Shown: positions 19,802 to 29,030 of the stretch, in pieces
How the letters are laid out: each line of letters starts with the position of its first letter
Position numbering within the stretch: position 1 is the first letter of the stretch
Origin: Sulfurimonas sp.
GTDB lineage: Bacteria; Campylobacterota; Campylobacteria; Campylobacterales; Sulfurimonadaceae
Assembly (NCBI GenBank): GCA_027038255.1
Contig: JALVXQ010000110.1
Coordinates: forward strand, 1 to 45,020
Direction: 5' to 3'
DNA length: 45,020 bases
Notes under the pieces: generated by a model
What the model saw: the letters and a program-made list of their open reading frames with translations, nothing else
What the model was told of the DNA's origin: nothing
The model's database searches: none
Made by a program: the position numbers and the translations under genes

Positions 19802-22800
19802 TTAAATTTTTTGCCTGAAAGAAATGTGTACATAGTCGGAAGATAAAACAGATTTAATATCGTTCCCCATAAGAGTCCAAAACCCATACTCACGGCTAAA
19901 GGCTGAAATACCATAGCTTCTGCCGTTGCAAAAAATATGAGAGAGGATAGTCCTACGATTGTTGTTATAGATGTAAGAAGAATTGGTCTGAGTCTACGAG
20001 CGGCAAGTTGAAAGATTTCATCTTTAGCTTTGGCTTTATTTATGGTGTCCATCATGATGATACCGTCATTGACAATAACACCTGCTAGTCCGAGAGCCCC
20101 AATGAGTGACGGAAGTGAGATATTAAGACTCATAAAATAGTGCCCTACATAAACACCAAGCAGAGAAAAAGGGATAACACTCATAACAATAAGCGTCTCT
20201 TTAAATGAGTTAAAGAGGTAAAGTATAGATATAAAAATTAATACTATTGCTAGAAGGGATGCAAAAATCATCTCTGTCTGCATTGTCTGTTTTTGCTCTC
20301 TTTCTCCTTTGAACTTTAATCTTACACCATACTTCTTTTGAATTTTTTTCAAAAGGGGCATAATTTTGTTGAGTGCTTCACTTGCGGTCAAAACAGAGGC
20401 GTTTACATTGGCAAAAACATAAAAAGTAGTTTCTCCATCATCTTTGATTAAGCGCTCTAATGATTTGGTTTTTGTAAAAGTACATATATCTTTTAGACGT
20501 ATAATAGTGTTACTATTTTTCAGTGGAATTTCTAAATTTTTAAAATTTTCTAAATTATCTTCATAATTTATAGATTTGATTTTTATGTCTAAAAGCTCAT
20601 TACCGTCAAATAAAGTACCGATTTTCTTGCTAAGATATAAATTTGATACATAGCTTCCAAGGTATTTTTGTGTTATACCTAATTCTTCTCCATAACTGTT
20701 TATAGTAAGTTTTATCTCATCTGCACCTACTTTTACATTATCTCCAAAATATTTTAAGCCTTTAAGCGTAGCAAAGGTACTCTCAATTTCTCGTATTGCC
20801 TGGAGTGCTTTTTGATGGTCATTGCTGACGACACCTATGCGGATGTCGGCTTTGGTATGCCCCATACCATTTTCAACCACTATGAGATTAGTGAGCTTAA
20901 AACGCTCTTTGTACTTTTGTTTCTTTAAAAATGAGCGCAACTTTGCAGAGATATCTTTGGATGATATATCTCGAATACGACCTTTCTCATCATAATAAAA
21001 ACTTAAATAGGGTGTAATATATCTGTCGACAAAATTTTGTGGTTTCATTTTATAGAGCTCAAGTGAAATATATCCAACATAAGGGTACATCTCTGCTGTT
21101 CCTGTCGCACTTCTTCTGTATCCGGCTGTAGAGCTTATATCTTTTACAAAAAAGTTCTTTTTATTGTTTAGTATATCTTTTTCTATTGTCTGTATAATCT
21201 TGAGTGAATCTTCAAGTGTGGTCGTTGGTTCTGCTTTAAATGTGATGTTGATTGTAGAGCTGTCAAAAGATTGAAAAAGTTGAAACCTTGAATGCTCTAC
21301 AAAGTAGAAGATAAGCAGAGGTACAAGAATAATAAAAGTGGTTAAAAAGCTTTTTTGGTGTGCTAAAATAATATGTAAGAGTTTAGCATACAAAGATTGT
21401 GCTTTATGCCATGAGAGTGTTTTTGAATTGGATGTGAGCATATGCGATGCGTGAATAGGTAAAAATATGAAAGACTCTAGCAGTGATGCAATCACAAGTG
21501 CTGAAAAAGCAATAGGAATCAACTCTATAATCTGTCCTAACCTACCACTGAGCATGAGAAGTGGTATAAAAGAGAAGATTGTCGTTATTGAAGCGATTGT
21601 AACAGGTTTTGCAACCTCTTTTGTTCCAAGAAATGCAGCCTCTTTTGCTGAGTAGCCTTTTTCAATGTATTGTTGTATATTTTCACTTACAACAATGGCA
21701 TCATCAACAATGATACCTATAGCAATGAGGACACCAACAAGTGAGTTTATATTGATACTCTCTCCTGTAAAGTAAAAATAGATAGCACCTATGATAAAAG
21801 AGGTTGGAATACCTAAGGCAATTACTAAAGCAATACGTAGATTTATAAGCACAGCCGTTAACATGGTTATCAGTAAAATTCCAAGTAAAATATTGGATAT
21901 TACAGTATTGAGCCTATCTTTTATAAGTATGGATTTATCCATTTTAATGTTAAAATCTACATCTTTAATTTTTAGTTTCGCAACGAATTTTTTAATTTCA
22001 TTTGCGATAGTAATTGCATTTCCTTTTGGATTTTGCGATATTGCAAGTGTGATGGAGTTTTGAGCGTTAACACTAGCAAGTGTTGAAGAGTCTTCATACT
22101 TCTTTTTGATTCTTGCAATATCCTTGAGTGAAATTTGCTGATTATTAACATTTATGATGGTGTCTTCAAATGTATTAGAAAATTTACTACTGTTTTGTGT
22201 TGAGATAAAGTATTGCTCTTTCTTATTGTCAATTTTTCCTAGAGGGTAGATATAAGAAAATTCTGAAAATATTTTGATGACTTCATCAACTGAAAGACCA
22301 TATGCATGCACTTTTTTTTCATCAATGAGAACTTCATAAAAAAGTTCAGAGTTACCAAAGATAGTAACGTCAGAAACATCTTTAATAGAAGTAATTTTTC
22401 CTTTGATCTCTTTTGCTAGTGTTTTGAGTTTAGCGCGTGAAATTTTAGAAGATATGATAGAGAGATGCATTATGCTTCTTGAGTGTGCAACACCTCTAAT
22501 GGTAGGTTCATTCATGTCTGCTGGAAAGTTTACTGCAACGAGTGCTAAAGCATCCTCTGCATCAGCAGTCACTTTTGCTTTGTCTGCACCCTCTTCAAGT
22601 TCTAACGTGACAGTAAATTTTCCTGGAGAAACAACTGAGATGACATTTTTTACACCGATAATATTTTTGACTTCATCTTCAATCCCAACAACTGCCATAT
22701 TATTGAGTGTATCAACAGAAGTGCCAGCATAGCTACCTCGAATAGAGATAGAGTTTGGTTCAACAACAGGAGATATCTCTTTTGGAATTTGAGAATATGA

Positions 22801-22887
22801 GTATATACCAAGAGCAAAGAGTAGAAATAAGAGAGTATAGTTTATTTTATAATTTTCTAAAAAAAATTTTAATACTTTTTCAAACAT
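19798..22887 (-). CDS. RND (AcrB/AcrD/AcrF-family) permease
   Basis: 1029 aa with two large periplasmic loops; 'GIIVDDAIVVSENI', 'GVIVNDGI', 'RLRPILLTSITT'. Confidence 0.93.
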   Translation of the reverse strand: MFEKVLKFFLENYKINYTLLFLLFALGIYSYSQIPKEISPVVEPNSISIRGSYAGTSVDTLNNMAVVGIEDEVKNIIGVKNVISVVSPGKFTVTLELEEGADKAKVTADAEDALALVAVNFPADMNEPTIRGVAHSRSIMHLSIISSKISRAKLKTLAKEIKGKITSIKDVSDVTIFGNSELFYEVLIDEKKVHAYGLSVDEVIKIFSEFSYIYPLGKIDNKKEQYFISTQNSSKFSNTFEDTIINVNNQQISLKDIARIKKKYEDSSTLASVNAQNSITLAISQNPKGNAITIANEIKKFVAKLKIKDVDFNIKMDKSILIKDRLNTVISNILLGILLITMLTAVLINLRIALVIALGIPTSFIIGAIYFYFTGESININSLVGVLIAIGIIVDDAIVVSENIQQYIEKGYSAKEAAFLGTKEVAKPVTIASITTIFSFIPLLMLSGRLGQIIELIPIAFSALVIASLLESFIFLPIHASHMLTSNSKTLSWHKAQSLYAKLLHIILAHQKSFLTTFIILVPLLIFYFVEHSRFQLFQSFDSSTINITFKAEPTTTLEDSLKIIQTIEKDILNNKKNFFVKDISSTAGYRRSATGTAEMYPYVGYISLELYKMKPQNFVDRYITPYLSFYYDEKGRIRDISSKDISAKLRSFLKKQKYKERFKLTNLIVVENGMGHTKADIRIGVVSNDHQKALQAIREIESTFATLKGLKYFGDNVKVGADEIKLTINSYGEELGITQKYLGSYVSNLYLSKKIGTLFDGNELLDIKIKSINYEDNLENFKNLEIPLKNSNTIIRLKDICTFTKTKSLERLIKDDGETTFYVFANVNASVLTASEALNKIMPLLKKIQKKYGVRLKFKGEREQKQTMQTEMIFASLLAIVLIFISILYLFNSFKETLIVMSVIPFSLLGVYVGHYFMSLNISLPSLIGALGLAGVIVNDGIIMMDTINKAKAKDEIFQLAARRLRPILLTSITTIVGLSSLIFFATAEAMVFQPLAVSMGFGLLWGTILNLFYLPTMYTFLSGKKFN

Positions 22888-22889
22888 TT

Positions 22890-23693
22890 TTATCCATTTT
22901 CATAGCTATATGATTCATGTGCTAATATCGCTGCTCCGTAAGCAGTTGTAATTTGTGGAAATTCTGGAATAAATATCTCCCTGCTGAGTTCATTCTCTAT
23001 AGCATGAACCAGTCCTCTGTTTAAAGCGGGCCCTCCATCAAAATAGATACTATCTTTTATGCCTACTCTTTTGACAAGCTTTATGATTCTTTTGGCGATA
23101 GAGTAGTGAACACCAGCGACGATATCTTCAACACTATTATCATTCCCTAAAAGACCGATAATCTCAGACTCTGCAAAGACAGCGCAAGTGCTGTTAATGG
23201 CAAGAGGTGTCCCCTGCGATTTGAAGTGATACGCACCAAGTTCATCAACCTCAAGCTCCAAATTCATAGCAACCACATCTAAAAATTTTCCAGTCCCTGC
23301 AGCACATCTGTCATTCATAGCGAAGTTTACCACATTTCCATCTTCATCGAGTGAAATGGCCTTTGAATCCTGCCCTCCTATATTTATAATCGTTTTTATA
23401 TTACACTTTCCCTCTGCAGCAGCTCTTGCCCCTAGTGCATTTGCAGTAATTTCACTAATATTTTCATCTGCTTCTTTAAACAGTTTTCGACCATACCCCG
23501 TTGCAACGGTATAGACAACATCCTCTGGCGCAATACCAAGCTCTTCTAGCATATCTTTGAGTGTCTGTTTCGCATATTTGTAAAACATACTGCCACTTGC
23601 ACTTATTCTATGTCCGATGAGGTTTTTATCTGCATCTACAAGTGCAATTTTAATAGCTGTAGAACCTATATCTATTCCTGCAAAATATTTCAT
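22890..23693 (-). CDS. ATP-dependent [4Fe-4S] activator/reductase of the HgdC/BadF-BcrAD (ASKHA 'archerase', DCCP-R-like) family
   Basis: Motifs 'GIDIGST', 'ATGYGR', 'IGGQDSK', 'MNDRCAAGTGKFL', 'STCAVFAESE'. Confidence 0.93.
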   Translation of the reverse strand: MKYFAGIDIGSTAIKIALVDADKNLIGHRISASGSMFYKYAKQTLKDMLEELGIAPEDVVYTVATGYGRKLFKEADENISEITANALGARAAAEGKCNIKTIINIGGQDSKAISLDEDGNVVNFAMNDRCAAGTGKFLDVVAMNLELEVDELGAYHFKSQGTPLAINSTCAVFAESEIIGLLGNDNSVEDIVAGVHYSIAKRIIKLVKRVGIKDSIYFDGGPALNRGLVHAIENELSREIFIPEFPQITTAYGAAILAHESYSYENG

Positions 23694-24961
23694 AGTTTTT
23701 TCCTTTTTCTGTTCTTGAGAGACTCTATAAATGCTTCTATTCTTGTGGTAAGTTGTCCTAAATGGCTAGGAGAATAATCACTCTCTAAGTATATAATAGG
23801 AATCCCCTCTTTTTCCATCGCTTCTAAGACTGAACGCTGCTCCATCTCATAGACTTGACATCCGGCAAATGCTTGATAGACTACTCCATCTGCATTATAC
23901 TTCTTTACCAAATCAATGATTCTTCTTTTTCTATCATTATTTTTTGTAAATATCGGACAAGTACACCCTTTTAAGTATCTATCTGCAATACCATCGACCA
24001 TATCATATAAAAACCACTCATCTACGCTCACCATATCATTAAACATTCTGTTGGATGAACAAGTTTCATCAGCTACGACAACTGCATCTGATTGTTCTAT
24101 AAGCAGTGGAATTTTAAGATTTGGGAAAATAGGCGGTGAACCGGTATAAACAACTCGAGGAGAGTTTTTCTTAGCAGCATTAAAATCATTTTCTACTCTT
24201 TGTTTGAGTTCGCTTAAAAGAGCAGTAGCGCCCTTTGTCCAGTTCTCTAGCTTATCAAAGAAAAAGGCATTCGTTACTAAAAACATATCAACCCCTAAGA
24301 TGGGTACGTTTTGATTTTGTCTGAGTGATGTGATTTGATGGTAGAGATGTTGCGCATGCCCTACTTTTTTTATGGACTCTTTGAGTTTTGTTCGTGTAAG
24401 TTTTTTGTTAAGATCAAGAGAGAGCTCTTTTGAGAATTTTCTTACACTTCTGCGCCAGTACTCACGACTCTCCTCGCTCTCTTTTGTTCTTGGAAACTCC
24501 ATATCATAGAGACTATAGCCCATATCTTCAATAATAGCACCTGATTTTGCTTTTTGATCGCAAGTCGTAGGGGAGATGACCATGTCGGGTTTGTCAGAAA
24601 AATTCCCAGAGTAGAACTGTCCTACTGTGGCTTTTACAAGAGGGCAGGACTTTGAGGGAAGCAGGTCTCCGCCTATCTCATCATCGCTGTAAAACCCATT
24701 GCATAAACGCAGAGGAACGGCATCTAAGGCATGAATGATTTCTGAGGGAACTTGTATGCAGAGTGTTCCTACTTTTATTTTATTTTCATGGAGAGGTTTG
24801 TGTTTACAGTAAACATCCTCATAGAGATTATAAAAATACTCCATCGCTTTTGGCGGCTCTTTAAAGTCATGTTTGATCTTTTCAAGCATGGCAACAGCTT
24901 CCATCGCCTTGTGTCTGTTTTGTTTCTCTTGTGGAGTCTCTATCTTATACTCTCTAGTCAT
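23690..24961 (-). CDS. 2-hydroxyacyl-CoA dehydratase (HgdB/FldB) family protein, probably a double-cubane-cluster protein (DCCP)
   Basis: 423 aa; 'GTLC', 'RLC', 'KSCP', 'TTCD', 'DETC', 'CTCP', 'AGC'; C-terminal 'LESDYS...GQLTTRIEAFIE'. Single subunit next to its activator. Confidence 0.85.
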   Translation of the reverse strand: MTREYKIETPQEKQNRHKAMEAVAMLEKIKHDFKEPPKAMEYFYNLYEDVYCKHKPLHENKIKVGTLCIQVPSEIIHALDAVPLRLCNGFYSDDEIGGDLLPSKSCPLVKATVGQFYSGNFSDKPDMVISPTTCDQKAKSGAIIEDMGYSLYDMEFPRTKESEESREYWRRSVRKFSKELSLDLNKKLTRTKLKESIKKVGHAQHLYHQITSLRQNQNVPILGVDMFLVTNAFFFDKLENWTKGATALLSELKQRVENDFNAAKKNSPRVVYTGSPPIFPNLKIPLLIEQSDAVVVADETCSSNRMFNDMVSVDEWFLYDMVDGIADRYLKGCTCPIFTKNNDRKRRIIDLVKKYNADGVVYQAFAGCQVYEMEQRSVLEAMEKEGIPIIYLESDYSPSHLGQLTTRIEAFIESLKNRKRKKL

Positions 24962-25937
24962 CTTTTTTCTCCAAGGTGTCTATTTGCATTCTTTTTGCAA
25001 AACCACCCTTCGTTGATTTAAAAATAGGATAATTGATTAAATCTACATGCAGGGCATCCTCTTCAGGGCAAGCGGCTACACATTTCATGCAAAATATACA
25101 ATCATCTCTTAAAATATTTGAGCTCTCTACATCATCTGCAATATCTTTAATCTGCATATCACAAACGTTGTAACAATCCCCACACTTTGTACATTTGTCT
25201 CCATCTTTTTTGAGTTTTAGGAGCGCTGCATCACTAAAAATGTAGTGCATTGCACTCATAGGACAGAAGAAACAGAAAAATCTTTTTTTAATGAACGAAC
25301 CAACAAAGAAAAGCGCTGTAAAGACAATACCAAAGCTTGTTAAAAAGATAGCTGTTTTTGAAGAGAAGTCTATAGACCACTGTGAAAAATCCCCTACAAG
25401 CATAGGGGTGATAATTCTTCCCGGACACATCTTACAAAATCCACCACGCCACTCACCATCTAAAACGCCAATACCAATAAGCAGGGGAAAAATGAGGACA
25501 ATGATTAAAAAGATATATTTTATCTTTTTAAGGTGTTTGTACTGCTCACTTGTGTAGGTGGAGTAGGGTATTCTTAACATTTTTCTCAAAGAGGTTATCC
25601 AATCTTGCATGGTTCCTAATGGACAGGCATAGCCACACCATGCTTTATTAAAAACTATAAACCATAAAAGAAAAACAAAAAAACTACTCAAAACCCCTAT
25701 GCTCGCTGCACTAAAGAGAGTTTCCCAAGGTCGTGCGAGTTGATGCTGTAGTGACATAAAGTAACATGTACCAGCTGTTTCATGATTGTATCCACATGAA
25801 AATATAGGGAGCTCTCTGCCAAAGTCTATGGCAAGATAGCCGCCATAAACAAAAAAAATAAAGAAAAAGAGTTGTAACCAAAAACGGAATTTTCTTAAAT
25901 CTGCATGATTTATAAAGTGTTTCATCCTCTCAATCAT
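24954..25937 (-). CDS. Membrane-bound 4Fe-4S polyferredoxin (NapH/MauN/FixG-like)
   Basis: Motifs 'WCGYACP', 'FCKMCP', 'FCFFCP', 'CTKCGDCYNVC', 'CIFCMKCVAACP'. ATG at 25937 overlaps the upstream stop. Confidence 0.88.
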   Translation of the reverse strand: MIERMKHFINHADLRKFRFWLQLFFFIFFVYGGYLAIDFGRELPIFSCGYNHETAGTCYFMSLQHQLARPWETLFSAASIGVLSSFFVFLLWFIVFNKAWCGYACPLGTMQDWITSLRKMLRIPYSTYTSEQYKHLKKIKYIFLIIVLIFPLLIGIGVLDGEWRGGFCKMCPGRIITPMLVGDFSQWSIDFSSKTAIFLTSFGIVFTALFFVGSFIKKRFFCFFCPMSAMHYIFSDAALLKLKKDGDKCTKCGDCYNVCDMQIKDIADDVESSNILRDDCIFCMKCVAACPEEDALHVDLINYPIFKSTKGGFAKRMQIDTLEKKDD

Positions 25938-28251
25938 CAAAGTGTACCTCTTGAAAAGGCTTTTGCACTCGAAGTCTATAAAAATAGATACCACTGCTTA
26001 ATATCACGATAAAAATAAGAGTGATGACTAAACCATACGCGTATGATTGATAGCTCTGCCTTGAGGGAGAGTAAACTCCTGTATAACTTGCTTTATATCT
26101 CTGTTCGCCATCATCATACTTTGCGGTTACAATATAGTTCTCTCTAAAACGCTTGTTAAATTTATTCCACTGAGGATTATAATCTTGTATGAGTTGAAAC
26201 TCGACTATGCCGTTTTTGTCGGTTGTGAGCTCTTTTGTCCAAGCAAATTGGGTCTGTAGAGAGACCTCTGCACCTTCGAGAGGGGTAGAGCCTTTGAGAA
26301 CTTTAAAGCGCACCGTCTCACCACTCTGGAGTCTTGAGTAAAATGTCTCATTTTCATTGCGTATGCGAAGGATATTAAAAGGAACAGCATTAAGCGCTTT
26401 GGCGGACATTTTTTGCTTATCGTACTCTTCATCGCTACTGTGATCAAATCTCTTAAACTCGTATTTTGCAATATTTATAAAATTTTCTTTGTTCTGTTTA
26501 TAATAAAGCGTATAGTAGCCGCTCTTTGGCATGAAAAATTTGACACTTGTGCATGCTTTCTCTTTTTGCACCTCCAGCTGTATTAGTTTATTGTCTACAT
26601 CTGTAGCTATAAACTCACCGTTGACATTCTTGACACATTTTGGTTTGTTGATATCTCCGGAGACAAGATAGAGTTTTCTGCTAGGCACCTCATCTCTGGA
26701 TCGTCTGTGCATCATGTACCCGCTATGAGAGTTTTGATGCAGGGTTGGCTTTTTTTGGCTAAAGAAGATGGTACTGTCTGCTTTGACTTCTACCACAGGG
26801 GTTTGGCTTTTTCTGTCGCTTCTGCCTCCCGTATGCCCTTTGGCGCTGTGCATACCTCCTTGTCCATTATTGGCTCGTCCGTAGGTCTCCAAGATATAAC
26901 TTCTATACATATTGACCGAGAGGAAAAATATAATCAAAGAAGCCGCAAAAGGGTATGCCAGAACTTTTTTCATTTTTGGTGCCTCTATGAGTTGTAATCT
27001 TTTATATAAAATTATAAGTGCCCAGATAATTGCTATCCATTTTAAAATACCAAATATCATAAGCCAACTCTCACCCCGTTTGGCAAGCGGAGCTACATCT
27101 ATGATGCCAAAACCAAAGCCAAGCGCAAAACCTTCGGCGATTCTGTCATAGCCTCGTGTGAAGAATGACTCTAAGGTGTGGGCTAAAGAACCTAGTATAA
27201 AAAGGGGTGCATAGGCATAGCCGAGGTCATAAAATATCTTTTTAAAATCTTTGTTTAAAATCTTAGCAGCTATAAACATCCCAACAGTAGCAGCAAGCAC
27301 TGAGAAAACAATGGCATATATAAAGGCAAAAAGCCCAACAGTGTCTATGGGTCCAAAATTAATGAAGCTCTCAAAAAACTTGGCTGTTTTATACCAAAGC
27401 ATATCTGAAGCAGCATTACTGCGCCCTATGCCATGATGAAAAGCCATGGCAATTGGGATGGAGCCTAAAATGAGAATGTAGGTCCAAACCTCTGCAGGTA
27501 ATACCTGAAATTTTTTAAAAAGATTGTCTGAAGGTTTCACAAACTTAAAACTTACTGCTTCACATGCAGTAGAGCACTCCATACAGAGGGTACAGTCTGT
27601 CATTGAGTTACGCTTGTCAAATGTAAATGGTTTTAAGTTGTAAGGACAAGCCGTAGCACAATCAAATGTTTTACACTCGCTACAGGCACTTTTATAGGTT
27701 CCTAGCCACGTGAATGAGAGTTTTGAATAAGCACGGGTAAGCGTACCGATAGGGCAGATGTATTTACAGTAGCTCATATCTCTGTATAGAAAATATACGA
27801 CAAAAGAGACGAGCGTCATAGCACTAAACATAAGAGCGGTGCCAAGCGGTGCTTTATAGACTCCAGGGAACATATAGTAAACACCCCACCAACCTATTAC
27901 AAGTAAAGAAATACCAATATATCTGTTTTGCATCCATTTTGGCATTTTCTTTTTGAGACCAAATCGTGTGATATATTTTCCCATAAACCCATGCGGGCAG
28001 ATCCCACAGAAGATGCGCCCAAAAGTCGGCAGCGTGAGCACCATGAAAAAGGACCAAAATATACCCCAAAACAGGGCCGTTGTGAAGGTGTTGTCTTTGC
28101 CTGTATGTGTAAAACCAAAGTAGAGCGCATAGAAAAAGAGCGCCGTTAGCAGTACTTTAAATGTCGTTATGAATTTCTGATTTTTAAAGAAAAAGCCAAG
28201 TATGGGTTTGCCATATATATCACTTTTCTCTCTTTTTATATACTCTACCAA
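25930..28251 (-). CDS. Fusion protein: membrane 4Fe-4S polyferredoxin + His/Gly-rich linker + DUF4198-like extracytoplasmic domain + C-terminal TM anchor
   Basis: Motifs 'FCGICP', 'YCKYICP', 'CSECKTFDCATACP', 'CTLCMECSTAC'; linker 'GGMHSAKGH...HQNSHSGYMMH'; 'VRFKVLKGSTPLEGAEV...TTDKNGIVEF'. Confidence 0.8.
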   Translation of the reverse strand: MVEYIKREKSDIYGKPILGFFFKNQKFITTFKVLLTALFFYALYFGFTHTGKDNTFTTALFWGIFWSFFMVLTLPTFGRIFCGICPHGFMGKYITRFGLKKKMPKWMQNRYIGISLLVIGWWGVYYMFPGVYKAPLGTALMFSAMTLVSFVVYFLYRDMSYCKYICPIGTLTRAYSKLSFTWLGTYKSACSECKTFDCATACPYNLKPFTFDKRNSMTDCTLCMECSTACEAVSFKFVKPSDNLFKKFQVLPAEVWTYILILGSIPIAMAFHHGIGRSNAASDMLWYKTAKFFESFINFGPIDTVGLFAFIYAIVFSVLAATVGMFIAAKILNKDFKKIFYDLGYAYAPLFILGSLAHTLESFFTRGYDRIAEGFALGFGFGIIDVAPLAKRGESWLMIFGILKWIAIIWALIILYKRLQLIEAPKMKKVLAYPFAASLIIFFLSVNMYRSYILETYGRANNGQGGMHSAKGHTGGRSDRKSQTPVVEVKADSTIFFSQKKPTLHQNSHSGYMMHRRSRDEVPSRKLYLVSGDINKPKCVKNVNGEFIATDVDNKLIQLEVQKEKACTSVKFFMPKSGYYTLYYKQNKENFINIAKYEFKRFDHSSDEEYDKQKMSAKALNAVPFNILRIRNENETFYSRLQSGETVRFKVLKGSTPLEGAEVSLQTQFAWTKELTTDKNGIVEFQLIQDYNPQWNKFNKRFRENYIVTAKYDDGEQRYKASYTGVYSPSRQSYQSYAYGLVITLIFIVILSSGIYFYRLRVQKPFQEVHFDD

Positions 28252-28266
28252 AACTTTTCCTTTAAT

Positions 28267-28932
28267 TTATAGTATTAATTTCCCGCTTAATACCGCTATG
28301 CCTACTACTATAAGCAAGAGAGCAGCTGCTCTTTCTATGAACTTTTTATAACTTACAAACTGCAGCATCAGACCTTTGATGAGTGTTGAGACGATAAATC
28401 CATAAAATATTATGGAAAAGAGTACCGCTCCCATACCGAAAAAGAGTCCAAATCCTATGGAGTTTGCCAAAGAACTACTATTTGCTGCGATTGCCAAGAG
28501 TGCCAAAATAGGAGCACAAGGGTTGATAGACATCGTCGCACCAATAGTAAAAAAGCCAAATTTGTTGAGATTTGACTTTTGTACTAGTGGTTTTGAAGCA
28601 GAACAACTGTTTTTGTTCTGTATGCTTTTGTAGAGCATAAAAACTCCCATTATTATGGTACTTGAGCCTAAAAGAGTGCTAAATATCTCGTTGTTGTGTA
28701 GCAACTGTTTTACCCATGTTGCGCTTAAATAGGCTATCATAGCTATAATGGTATAGCTAAAAATTCTTCCCATACTAAAGGGGAGAATTACTCCTAATGC
28801 TTCTCTCGTATTTGAGGAACTGTTTATAAGGAGTGGTGATAAAAAGGGCATACATGAGAACATACATGCAGTCGCTCCATAAGAGAGTCCTATGATAAAT
28901 ATTGAGAGAAATGCACTATATTCTAAAGCCAT
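28267..28932 (-). CDS. DsbD/CcdA-like (DsbD_2, UreH-like) membrane protein
   Basis: About six TM helices; 'ACMFSCMP' in TM1, 'GRIFSY', 'NPC' in TM4, 'FFGMG'. Confidence 0.78.
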   Translation of the reverse strand: MALEYSAFLSIFIIGLSYGATACMFSCMPFLSPLLINSSSNTREALGVILPFSMGRIFSYTIIAMIAYLSATWVKQLLHNNEIFSTLLGSSTIIMGVFMLYKSIQNKNSCSASKPLVQKSNLNKFGFFTIGATMSINPCAPILALLAIAANSSSLANSIGFGLFFGMGAVLFSIIFYGFIVSTLIKGLMLQFVSYKKFIERAAALLLIVVGIAVLSGKLIL

Positions 28933-28940
28933 ATATTTTC

Positions 28941-29030
28941 CTAGTTATCTTTTGTAATAATGCCAAGATTTTTAAACTCTTTTGCTTTGAGAGCATCAAG
29001 TAAAACAACAAAGTTTTTAAATTTTGCCTT
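28941..29030 (-). pseudogene. exbD: C-terminal remnant of an ExbD/TolR-type biopolymer transport protein
   Basis: Start-less frame immediately after the TBDR stop: KAKFKNFVVLLDALKAKEFKNLGIITKDN*, matching the ExbD C-terminal pattern. Confidence 0.6.

Noticed and set aside
22890-24961. Classical 2-hydroxyglutaryl-CoA dehydratase or benzoyl-CoA reductase pathway
   Set aside because: Only one HgdB-like subunit is present, with no CoA-transferase, acyl-CoA dehydrogenase or aromatic-degradation genes nearby.
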